Below, one piece after another: positions 56,205 to 64,000 of a DNA stretch of 64,000 nucleotides. Source of the DNA: a virus; IMG/VR virus record IMGVR_UViG_3300042474_001185, positions 1 to 64,000 of that record; one strand, given 5' to 3'. The notes under the pieces are model-generated. The model was not told the origin of the DNA. It did not search any database and saw only the letters and a program-made list of their open reading frames with translations. The position numbers and the translations under genes were made by a program. Numbering within the stretch: position 1 is the stretch's first letter; every line of letters starts with the position of its first letter.

Positions 56205-57016
56205 TGAAAATAGCACTTTGTTTTTCTGGATTTATTAGAGATTTAGATGAAACTAAAAACTTTTGGACAGAACTTATAGAAAAACATAAGATAGATGTGT
56301 ATGCCTCTTTTTGGGATACTGAAAAACCTGAATTGAATGATACTATAAACAATTTCTTAACAATATATACTCCTAAAAAATATGAAGTTGAGAATTATAA
56401 AATATTCAAAGAAACAACGCAAGATTTTGCTTCAATGAATATAGCATCTCCACAAAACTTACTTCCACATTTACAAGATACCTCAAAAGCATTTGGGCAA
56501 CTATCAATGTATTATAAAGTTTGGAAATGTAATATGCTTACTAAGCAATTGGGTATAGAGTATGATTTAGTTATAAGAGCTAGAACCGATGTTATTTTAG
56601 ATGAGCATTTTGAAATAGTTGAAAATGATATGTTAAATATACCAATGGGATGGATGAGTTGTTTTTCATATCCGCACTCCGATGGTATAAATGATTGCTT
56701 TGCATACGGAAGACCAAAGATAATGGATTATTATAGTTTTATATATCTTAGAATGATGGAATATCTAAATGTAGGACATTATGTATTCCCACCAGAACAT
56801 TTCTTAGCTGTACATTTTAGTAAGATTCATATTCAAATGAGATACTTTCCAAACTATATGATAATAACAAGAATATCAAAAGGTACACCACATGATGTTT
56901 ACAATTCTTTTATAACAAAACCATACGAAGATATAAGATGGAGTGATTGGAATGATTTTATTCCGGATGAAAGGTGGACATTTAAGAAATCAATAAAAGA
57001 TGATTTTATCGTTTAA
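56204..57016 (+). CDS. Glycosyltransferase-like protein (KIALCFSG family)
   Basis: MKIALCFSG..R, SMYYK, YDLVIRARTD, NDCFAYG, PE. Confidence 0.6.
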   Translation: MKIALCFSGFIRDLDETKNFWTELIEKHKIDVYASFWDTEKPELNDTINNFLTIYTPKKYEVENYKIFKETTQDFASMNIASPQNLLPHLQDTSKAFGQLSMYYKVWKCNMLTKQLGIEYDLVIRARTDVILDEHFEIVENDMLNIPMGWMSCFSYPHSDGINDCFAYGRPKIMDYYSFIYLRMMEYLNVGHYVFPPEHFLAVHFSKIHIQMRYFPNYMIITRISKGTPHDVYNSFITKPYEDIRWSDWNDFIPDERWTFKKSIKDDFIV

Positions 57017-57052
57017 ATGTATAATGTTATATTTAATAAAAAATAAAGCATT

Positions 57053-57220
57053 ATGAATGTAGAAAACAAAATCAAAGACATTATAGATATGTTAGAAGAT
57101 GCTATCTCATTTGAAGATTGGAATAGAGTTGAGGAAGCACAAAAAGAACTAACATTTATATATGAAGAAATGCAATCATCATTTCCTCTAGATGAGTGGG
57201 ATGAGAATGATATAGATTAA
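57053..57220 (+). CDS. Small acidic hypothetical protein (55 aa)
   Basis: ATG with A-rich leader; open to TAA 57220; fills the intergenic gap. Confidence 0.5.
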   Translation: MNVENKIKDIIDMLEDAISFEDWNRVEEAQKELTFIYEEMQSSFPLDEWDENDID

Positions 57221-57227
57221 TAAAAAT

Positions 57228-57947
57228 ATGGTAAAAAAAATACTGGTTACGGGATTCCCCCATAGTGGGACTACTATACTTCGTGCTAAAATTGGAGAAT
57301 GTAAAAACATATATGAGGCTCAATATGAATGTGTAGACCCACCAAACTTCTACCCAGCTATGCCATATGATTTTTATGTATGGAAGCATCCTTTTTTGGA
57401 TACGCCATTTAGAAATCATACGTTTGCAATAAAGCCTGACAGTAAATACGTTGATACAATTGTTATTCCAATTATTAGAAATCCTTGGAATATATTTTCA
57501 TCCTTACATAAGAGAGGTACACAAAGTGGAGAATTTTCAATATATGATAGTAGACAGGGACATTCTTTACCTTGGTATGAAAATACATGCGAAGTTATAT
57601 TTGATGCATTTCAAAAAAATTATAAAGATGTATATCCAATAAAATACGAAGAAATGTTTGATAATAATTTTGAAAAGCTTAGAAATATTTTTGATAGTAT
57701 TGGATTGGAATATGATGATGATATATTTGAAAAAAGAACCAAAGAATTTAGTCATGGTGATGCTATGTATGTAGAAGATTATGATAAAAACGGAAAGTAT
57801 GATGGTGGTTTGAGAGCTTGGCAAATAAACCAACCTTTTAAAAATATGAATGGAGATATTAATTTACCCGATGATTTTTCTCAAATGTTAGCAAATTCAC
57901 CAAGCATTCAAAAATTAGGGTATTCGGACCCTCGTATAACTGATTGA
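57228..57947 (+). CDS. Sulfotransferase-family protein
   Basis: VTGFPHSGTTIL (5'-PSB loop), IIRNP...SS (3'-PB), IKYEEM. Confidence 0.8.
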   Translation: MVKKILVTGFPHSGTTILRAKIGECKNIYEAQYECVDPPNFYPAMPYDFYVWKHPFLDTPFRNHTFAIKPDSKYVDTIVIPIIRNPWNIFSSLHKRGTQSGEFSIYDSRQGHSLPWYENTCEVIFDAFQKNYKDVYPIKYEEMFDNNFEKLRNIFDSIGLEYDDDIFEKRTKEFSHGDAMYVEDYDKNGKYDGGLRAWQINQPFKNMNGDINLPDDFSQMLANSPSIQKLGYSDPRITD

Positions 57948-58011
57948 TTTTCAATAGGTTAGACATATAATAAAAAAATATATCTGTAAAGCGTTGATTC
58001 TCAAGAAACAA
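57937..58011. promoter_or_regulatory. Two palindromic operator-like boxes
   Basis: TAACTGATTGATTTTCAATAGGTTA (57937-57961) and TAAAGCGTTGATTCTCAAGAAACAA (57987-58011). Confidence 0.6.
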
Positions 58012-58025
58012 TTTTTGGGATAAAA

Positions 58026-58057
58026 TTTGGTAGTCTCAAATAATTGTTGTATATTTA
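58026..58057 (+). promoter_or_regulatory. Bacteroidota-type promoter
   Basis: TTTG-N20-TATATTTA upstream of ATG 58088. Confidence 0.7.
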
Positions 58058-58087
58058 CATATAATTAATTCACAAAAACCCCTTTAT

Positions 58088-60313
58088 ATGAGTTGGTACA
58101 ACGATTTCAAAACAGGTACAAAGGATTATCTAACAAAAGGTAATTCAAAACAATCAAAGACTTATAGTAAGTATGGTAGCTCCTCTTGGTGGATGAGTGA
58201 TTGGGATGACACAGGTTATTCTAATTCGTTCACTACTACACAAGTTAAATCAAAGAACTTGTATAAGATGGCAGCTCATCGTAGAGCAATCGCTAACTTC
58301 GTAAGTATTGTAACAGGTAAAGCTATACCTGTAAAATTTAACACCAAAGGTAATTCATACACCGATGGTACTACAGTAGTAATTTCATCCAAAGTAGCAG
58401 AACCAAATGAGTTTGACCCGGCAGTAGGGTTGGCATTGCATGAAGGTTCACACATTAAGTTATCCAATTTTAAGTTATTGGCTGATATGTACCAATCTAT
58501 TCAAAAAGTAGTTGGACCGGCTAAATTAAAAGAATGGCAGGAAACCGCTAAAAAGAAAAACATTGATGATATTATCTATACCATTAAGGATATTCTTAAC
58601 TGGGTAGAGGATAGACGTATTGACCAATTCATATTTGATGGTGCACCGGGTTATAGAGATTACTATCGTTCAATGTATGATAAGTACTTTAATGACCCTG
58701 CTATTGATAAGGGTATGCAATCCGATGAATTCAAAACGGAAACAATGGATGCTTATATGTTCCGTTTGATTAACTTACATTCTAAGTTCAGTAAAGCAAA
58801 CGCACTTAAAGGTTTGAGTGAGATTACAAAGATAGCTAAGTTATCAGATATCAATCGTTTAAAAACTACGGATGATGCCTTAGTAGTTGCTTGTGATATC
58901 TTTGAGGTTATTCTTAACAACATAGATGCCGAAGAACAAAAAGCTGAGAACAAAGCTAATGGTAAGAAACAAAAAGGTAATGGTAACGGACAAGGACAAG
59001 CTCAGCAAGCAGGTGAGGGCGAAGAAGAAGCTGGTGAAGATGATATTGAAGTAGAGATGGGTGATGGTGGTAGTGAAGGTATGGGTGATGATGGTGAAGA
59101 TTTTGATGAGGCTGGTGATAATGGACCTGCTGAACCCGGTAAAGGTGTGGTAGGTAAGATTAAAGCAGTATTAGGTGGTAAGGGTAAAGGTAAACCTGCC
59201 GATGGTAAGTTATCCCAAAGGCAAATGGATATCCTTAAAAAGAAAATTGAAAAGCAAAAAGAATTCCTAAGAGGTGAAGTTAAGAAAGGTAGTGTAAGTA
59301 GTAGTGAAAATAAATCATTAGATACCATTGACCAATCTGGTACTGAATTAAAGAAGGTAGGTGAGGAATTGGCAAATGGTAAGGTAGTAACGAAAGGTAT
59401 TGATTGTATTGTTGTTAAGAAGATGACACAAACCTTATTAGAATCGCATGATTTCCCATTATCATCTTTACGATACAACGCCAAAGAAGGTGAGCATCAG
59501 TGTCAATCACAATGTGCTAGTGAGGTAGCTGAAGGCATTCGTATTGGTACGGTATTGGGTAAGAAGTTGCAAGTTCGTAGTGAGAGTAGAGAAACAATCT
59601 TCAATCGCCAATTGGTTGGTAGAATGGATAAGAGAATGATTTCATCTTTGGGTTTTGGAAATGAGCATGTGTTCTATACAAAAGAGATTGATGCATATAA
59701 GAAAGCTAACTTACATATTTCAGTAGATGCCTCTGGTTCTATGAGTGGTACGAAATGGAGAAAGACTATGACTAACGTTGTAGCATTGGCTAAGGCAGTT
59801 AGTATGATTCCTAATTTAGAAATTCAAATTAGTTTCCGTACTACGTCTGGTGAGTTACCTTATATCGTAGTTGCTTATGATAGTAGAGTTGATAAGTTTA
59901 TCAAAGTAAAAACTTTGTTCCAATACTTACAGCCGGGTGGTACAACGCCGGAAGGATTGGCATTTGAAGGTGTGATGAAACAAATGGTGGGTAGTACTAC
60001 TGATGTTGATAGTTACTTCTTAAATATATCCGATGGTGAACCTTACTTTCACGGTAAAGGTTACAACTATCACGGTTATTACGCTAGTAAGCATACCCGT
60101 AAGATGGTAGATAAGATTGAGGCTATGGGTATCAAAGTAATGAGTTACTTTGTTAGTGATTATAGTGGTGATATGGATTCTACATCTGGTAGTGGTAAAG
60201 TATTCAAAGATTGTTATGGTAAAGCAGCTCATTATATCAATGTAACAAATGTAAACGAAGTAGTTCGCACAATGAATAAATTGTTTATGAATAAGCCCGC
60301 TGGTATTGAATAA
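58088..60313 (+). CDS. VWA-domain protein with N-terminal HExxH metallopeptidase-like domain (CobT-like MoxR partner)
   Basis: LALHEGSH and NWVEDRRID; acidic Gly-rich linker; MIDAS residues DASGS, GGTTP, ISDGEP. Confidence 0.85.
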   Translation: MSWYNDFKTGTKDYLTKGNSKQSKTYSKYGSSSWWMSDWDDTGYSNSFTTTQVKSKNLYKMAAHRRAIANFVSIVTGKAIPVKFNTKGNSYTDGTTVVISSKVAEPNEFDPAVGLALHEGSHIKLSNFKLLADMYQSIQKVVGPAKLKEWQETAKKKNIDDIIYTIKDILNWVEDRRIDQFIFDGAPGYRDYYRSMYDKYFNDPAIDKGMQSDEFKTETMDAYMFRLINLHSKFSKANALKGLSEITKIAKLSDINRLKTTDDALVVACDIFEVILNNIDAEEQKAENKANGKKQKGNGNGQGQAQQAGEGEEEAGEDDIEVEMGDGGSEGMGDDGEDFDEAGDNGPAEPGKGVVGKIKAVLGGKGKGKPADGKLSQRQMDILKKKIEKQKEFLRGEVKKGSVSSSENKSLDTIDQSGTELKKVGEELANGKVVTKGIDCIVVKKMTQTLLESHDFPLSSLRYNAKEGEHQCQSQCASEVAEGIRIGTVLGKKLQVRSESRETIFNRQLVGRMDKRMISSLGFGNEHVFYTKEIDAYKKANLHISVDASGSMSGTKWRKTMTNVVALAKAVSMIPNLEIQISFRTTSGELPYIVVAYDSRVDKFIKVKTLFQYLQPGGTTPEGLAFEGVMKQMVGSTTDVDSYFLNISDGEPYFHGKGYNYHGYYASKHTRKMVDKIEAMGIKVMSYFVSDYSGDMDSTSGSGKVFKDCYGKAAHYINVTNVNEVVRTMNKLFMNKPAGIE

Positions 60314-60317
60314 TTCA

Positions 60318-60394
60318 TAACTTGTTGAGAATCAATGGATTATAACTGGTTGAAAATCAATCACTTATGTAACTCATTGATTCTCAATAAACAA
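60318..60394. promoter_or_regulatory. Three tandem palindromic operator-like boxes
   Basis: TAACTTGTTGAGAATCAATGGATTA, TAACTGGTTGAAAATCAATCACTTA, TAACTCATTGATTCTCAATAAACAA. Confidence 0.65.
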
Positions 60395-60417
60395 TCTTTT
60401 TAAGTAAGCAAAATAAA

Positions 60418-60449
60418 TTAGGTAATCTCAGGAAAGTTTCGTATCTTTA
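60418..60449 (+). promoter_or_regulatory. Bacteroidota-type promoter (variant -33 TTAG)
   Basis: TTAG-N20-TATCTTTA upstream of ATG 60494. Confidence 0.6.
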
Positions 60450-60493
60450 CGAAGTAAAGTTGATAAATTATATAAACATTAAATAACCCCGTT

Positions 60494-61699
60494 ATGGTAA
60501 AGTCTAAAAAAGACAAAGTAAGTAACCAAATTTACAAAGTTGTAAAAGTTGGTACACATTTTAAGTTGGCAAATACAGCCGGTACAATTGTAGGTACGAA
60601 TGGTATAAACACAGGTACTCGTAAGAAAGCTTATGAGACTAAGAAAGCTCTTAGAGAGGTAGTAGGTAAAGGTGGAAAAATTTCATATCGTTTAGTTGAT
60701 ATGAAAGAATATTCGGATTTAGTTGCTCCATTAAAGAGTAACGCTGAAGTGAATAACGAAGTGAGTAGTGCGCATGAAGATATCAAAAACTTCATACACA
60801 ATGATTCAGTAGCATTAAAGCCTGAATCAATCGTAATGACTGACCTTAAGTGGAAGTACTTAATTCGTTCAGCAGTTAGAGCAAAAAATATTATGATGAC
60901 TGGACCTGCTGGTTGTGGTAAAACAATGGCAGCTAAAGCATTAACTAAAGGTTTAAATCGTCCTGATTTCTACTTTAACTTAGGTGCTACGCAGGATGCT
61001 AGAGCAACCTTAATTGGTAACACACACTTTGATAGTAAGAAGGGTACATTCTTTAGTGAATCTGCTTTCGTAAAAGCTATCAGTACTAAAAACGCTGTTA
61101 TCTTATTGGATGAGTTGAGTAGAGCACATCCGGACGCTTGGAATATCTTAATGACAGTATTGGACCAGGGCCAAAGGTACTTAAGATTGGATGAGGCTGT
61201 TAATTCTCCAATTGTGAATGTGGCTGAAGGTGTAACCTTTATCGCTACCGCTAATATCGGGGGTGAATACACGTCAACACGTGTTATTGATAGAGCAATT
61301 ATGGACCGTTTCACTACAATTGAAATGGATGTGTTGAATGATGAGCAAGAATTTGGATTATTGAAATATATGTACCCAGCGGTGAATGAAGAAGATTTGA
61401 AAGCAGTAGCTGAAATCGCTCATCACACTCGTGAGGTAAGTAAGGGTGGTGATGGTAAGTTGAGTACAATGGTATCAACTCGTGCTAGTGTTGAAGTAGC
61501 TGGGTTGTTGTATGATGGATTCAATTTGTTTGAAGCAGCTGAGATTGGTATTTTCCCATTCTTTAGTAACGATGGTGGAGCAGATAGTGAAAGAACTTAT
61601 GTGAAGCAATTAGTTCAGAAGTATGTGAAGGACGAGAAGGCTGATGAGAAATTATTCACCGAACCAACCGAAGAAGATAGTGAAACTATTGTTTGGTAG
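60494..61699 (+). CDS. MoxR/CbbQ/CobS-family AAA+ ATPase
   Basis: GPAGCGKT, ILLDELSR, ATANIG..Y, DRAIMDRF, STR. Confidence 0.9.
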   Translation: MVKSKKDKVSNQIYKVVKVGTHFKLANTAGTIVGTNGINTGTRKKAYETKKALREVVGKGGKISYRLVDMKEYSDLVAPLKSNAEVNNEVSSAHEDIKNFIHNDSVALKPESIVMTDLKWKYLIRSAVRAKNIMMTGPAGCGKTMAAKALTKGLNRPDFYFNLGATQDARATLIGNTHFDSKKGTFFSESAFVKAISTKNAVILLDELSRAHPDAWNILMTVLDQGQRYLRLDEAVNSPIVNVAEGVTFIATANIGGEYTSTRVIDRAIMDRFTTIEMDVLNDEQEFGLLKYMYPAVNEEDLKAVAEIAHHTREVSKGGDGKLSTMVSTRASVEVAGLLYDGFNLFEAAEIGIFPFFSNDGGADSERTYVKQLVQKYVKDEKADEKLFTEPTEEDSETIVW

Positions 61700-61727
61700 T
61701 GTTAAGGGGTTAGCCTCCAAACATAAC

Positions 61728-61755
61728 GGGAGGGCTTCGGTCCTCCCATTTTTTT
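61728..61755 (+). terminator. Rho-independent terminator with cUUCGg tetraloop
   Basis: GGGAGGGC-TTCG-GTCCTCCC-ATTTTTTT. Confidence 0.9.
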
Positions 61756-61775
61756 AACCCTATAAAATTTAAATT

Positions 61776-61952
61776 ATGAAAGAAAATTATTTTAATTATT
61801 GGTATAAAAAATTCATCAAAGATGGATTGAAGGCATGTAAAACAATTGTTGGATTAGGTATCGCAGTAGGATTATGGTATTCGGTTAATTTACCAATTGG
61901 TATTATGTTCTTTGGTTGGGTATTGATAGAAGCATTAATAGATAGAAATTAA
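61776..61952 (+). CDS. Small membrane protein (58 aa)
   Basis: MKENYFNYWYKK...IVGLGIAVGLWYSVNLPIGIMFFGWVLIEAL; below the track cutoff. Confidence 0.5.
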   Translation: MKENYFNYWYKKFIKDGLKACKTIVGLGIAVGLWYSVNLPIGIMFFGWVLIEALIDRN

Positions 61953-61963
61953 AAAAAACAAAA

Positions 61964-62137
61964 ATGAAAAAATTTAGTGTAAGCGAAATGCTTATTTTGG
62001 TGGTATGTGTAGTGTGTATATTCGTAAGTGAATACATCTACTTAGTTCAAGACAATATATTAAAAGCAATCTTTATAGGTTTATGGCCACCAACCATATT
62101 GGGATTGTTAAACTTTATTAATATCAAAAGAAAGTAA
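61964..62137 (+). CDS. Small membrane protein (57 aa)
   Basis: MLILVVCVVCIFVS...AIFIGLWPPTILGL; two hydrophobic segments. Confidence 0.55.
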   Translation: MKKFSVSEMLILVVCVVCIFVSEYIYLVQDNILKAIFIGLWPPTILGLLNFINIKRK

Positions 62138-62138
62138 A

Positions 62139-62516
62139 ATGGAAAATTTAGATATAATAATTCTTACATCTATTGTTTCAACATTATTCATTGTATTTGG
62201 TATTGTTATGTATAAGGAATTCAAAAATGCATCTGACCAAAGTGATGATTTGTATGATAACGGCCCTAGAGCAAATATGATTAGGTTCATTGGTTCTATG
62301 TTTGATAGTGAATCAACACGTAAGATGACAAAGAAAGAAAAGGTAGCGGTATATAACGCAGTTAAACGAACTATATCGGATATGGAAAGTGATGGTGTAT
62401 ATTTTCCTGAAGATGTTAAACAGGAGCTTGAAAAGAAAAGAGAAGAATTACATTGTGAATATAGTGGGCTACCATCAGTAAAAGCATATGAATCAGTTAA
62501 TAATATTATTAAATAA
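62139..62516 (+). CDS. Hypothetical protein with N-terminal TM
   Basis: IIILTSIVSTLFIVFGIVM. Confidence 0.6.
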   Translation: MENLDIIILTSIVSTLFIVFGIVMYKEFKNASDQSDDLYDNGPRANMIRFIGSMFDSESTRKMTKKEKVAVYNAVKRTISDMESDGVYFPEDVKQELEKKREELHCEYSGLPSVKAYESVNNIIK

Positions 62517-62521
62517 ATTAT

Positions 62522-63148
62522 ATGTTAAGTAAAGCAAACGGAAACGAAGTAATAGATAAGTTTGAAAAGAGTAAACGATTGGATTCGGCAGCTAAATACT
62601 ATGGCCTGTTTTTAGAATCATTGGGATTTGATTACGAATCTGACCCTCAAACAATAGATACCCCTAAGAGAGTAGCTAAGGCTTGGTTGGATGATTTGAT
62701 TAAAGGTAGTATAACAAAGGAACCTGATATCACTGTGTTCCCAAATGAGGAGCATTACAATGGTGTGGTTATTCAGACGGGTATCAAAGTTAATTCAATG
62801 TGTGCTCATCATAACTTACCTTTCTATGGATATGCAGCTGTTGCTTACATACCTAAAGAAAATGTAATTGGATTGAGTAAGTTGAATAGAATTGTAGAAT
62901 GGTTTAGTAGGAGACCTCAAATGCAGGAATCCCTAACGGCTCAAATACATAAATTCGTTAGTGATAAATTGCAGTGTGATGATGTGGCTGTATCAATTAG
63001 TGGACATCACCTTTGTTGTGGTATGAGGGGAGTACAACATCCCGATAGTGTAATGACCACCAACAAATTTAGTGGGGCATTTGTGGAGAAAGATAACTTA
63101 GTAAGACAGGAATTTCTACATGCAATTAAAATGAATAATTTAAAATAA
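62522..63148 (+). CDS. folE: GTP cyclohydrolase I
   Basis: DTPKRVAK, SMCAHH.LPF.G, GLSKLNR, RPQMQE, H.C..MRG. Confidence 0.95.
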   Translation: MLSKANGNEVIDKFEKSKRLDSAAKYYGLFLESLGFDYESDPQTIDTPKRVAKAWLDDLIKGSITKEPDITVFPNEEHYNGVVIQTGIKVNSMCAHHNLPFYGYAAVAYIPKENVIGLSKLNRIVEWFSRRPQMQESLTAQIHKFVSDKLQCDDVAVSISGHHLCCGMRGVQHPDSVMTTNKFSGAFVEKDNLVRQEFLHAIKMNNLK

Positions 63149-63153
63149 ACGTT

Positions 63154-63315
63154 ATGAGTAATCAAACAAACAATTGGATGGAGAAATTAGCAAAGAGCTA
63201 TAAGTTACCAACCGAACAACCGATAGTAAATAAAGAGAAAGTATCACTCCTAAAAGAATCTCAATTGAAGATTATAATGGGGAGGGATAAAAAAGATTTG
63301 GTAAATAAGAAATAA
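63154..63315 (+). CDS. Small hypothetical protein (53 aa)
   Basis: ATG 63154 open to TAA 63315. Confidence 0.4.
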   Translation: MSNQTNNWMEKLAKSYKLPTEQPIVNKEKVSLLKESQLKIIMGRDKKDLVNKK

Positions 63316-63328
63316 TTTCGTATATTTG
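63297..63328 (+). promoter_or_regulatory. Bacteroidota-type promoter
   Basis: TTTG-N20-TATATTTG upstream of ATG 63346. Confidence 0.75.
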
Positions 63329-63345
63329 TATAAATAAAATTAGTT

Positions 63346-63609
63346 ATGAAAACATTTAAAGACTTAGAATTCATTGAACATCCTAGTCATATGGGAGGTG
63401 TTCAATCTCGTATCCAATTTGATAATGGATATGGTGCTAGTGTAGTTAAAACTCCTTATACCTATGGAGGTGATAAAGGTTTGTATGAATTAGCAGTATT
63501 AGATAGTGAAGGGCATTTAACATACGCTACTTCGGTTACGAATGATGTGATTGGATATTTAAGACCGGAAGATGTAACTGATGTATTGGCTAAAATTCAA
63601 CAACTATAA
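63346..63609 (+). CDS. Conserved phage hypothetical protein
   Basis: FDNGYGASVV...YGG..GLYELAVL...DVIGYL motif common in phage early regions. Confidence 0.7.
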   Translation: MKTFKDLEFIEHPSHMGGVQSRIQFDNGYGASVVKTPYTYGGDKGLYELAVLDSEGHLTYATSVTNDVIGYLRPEDVTDVLAKIQQL

Positions 63610-63610
63610 T

Positions 63611-64000
63611 ATGATAGCTAATATACTAAGAGGTACAAAGAGAAATCCATATTCAGCATCCAAAGTAAGAAAGATGCGTAGTGATAGATTACTTACTAAG
63701 GCTAAGAAGGATGGAGTTAGTAATGACCAAGTCCAATTTTATTTAGGTAAGTTACAGGCTGCGGGACATATGAGACTAAATAATATGAGTAATTTTGATG
63801 TTCAGATTGAAGCCGGAGTAAACCCTGGCCAAGCACTAAAAGAAACTAGAATAACATTCGCTACTTTTATAGAGAAGGGAATGGGTGAAAAACCGCATAT
63901 GACTGGTTATTTGACATCGGCTAGTGATAATGATAAACAATATAAATTAAAGGGTTGGTTTAATGAGGATGGAACATTCCGAATTGAACTTGTAAACTAA
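63611..64000 (+). CDS. Hypothetical protein
   Basis: Probable start ATG 63611; stop TAA 63998-64000. Confidence 0.55.
   Translation: MIANILRGTKRNPYSASKVRKMRSDRLLTKAKKDGVSNDQVQFYLGKLQAAGHMRLNNMSNFDVQIEAGVNPGQALKETRITFATFIEKGMGEKPHMTGYLTSASDNDKQYKLKGWFNEDGTFRIELVN

Noticed and set aside
59002-59484. 160-aa minus-strand ORF
   Set aside because: Antisense to the low-complexity linker of the VWA gene; no independent signals.
1-64000. Stop-codon reassignment, tRNA genes, DGR/retron, integrase or transposase
   Set aside because: Genes are full length in code 11, with TAA, TAG and TGA all used as stops. I recognised no cloverleaf, reverse transcriptase or recombinase motifs by eye; tRNAscan was not run.

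Overview
A 64-kb, AT-rich, gene-dense segment with every credible gene on the + strand. It comes from a large tailed dsDNA phage with a T4-like replisome (B-family polymerase, sliding clamp, two clamp-loader subunits, class II RNR, thioredoxin, dUTPase). The host is very likely Bacteroidota: there are ten TTTG-N20-TAnnTTT(G/A) promoters, A-rich leaders without Shine-Dalgarno sites, and a DUF4494 gene. Layout: (1) 1-15.5 kb: nucleotide metabolism and replication, interleaved with a candidate DNA-modification block (two tandem Mom-family paralogs, a degenerate DUF262/HNH-like protein, two glycosyltransferases abutting the polymerase, and a DUF4338/DruA-like gene after the clamp). (2) 15.5-58 kb: a very large glycan locus holding 14 of the window's ~16 glycosyltransferase-like genes. 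It also has NDP-sugar enzymes (including a Cj1427-like heptose dehydrogenase), an ACP/acyl-ligase/SDR/GNAT cassette, methyltransferases, APS kinase, a sulfotransferase and a radical SAM enzyme. These surround Ser/Thr-rich fibre-like proteins: a (Gly-Thr-Ser)n collagen-like protein, an 11-aa-repeat fibre, and two mucin-like (AAPTTTT)n proteins followed directly by a peptidyl O-glycosyltransferase-like gene. (3) 58-64 kb: a VWA/HExxH + MoxR ATPase pair under a palindromic operator-like array, small membrane proteins and folE. The best candidate for a new system is a phage-encoded mucin-like virion glycosylation ('glycocalyx') pathway; the second is a multi-enzyme Mom-type DNA hypermodification block. 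All family calls come from motifs recognised by eye; no searches were run.
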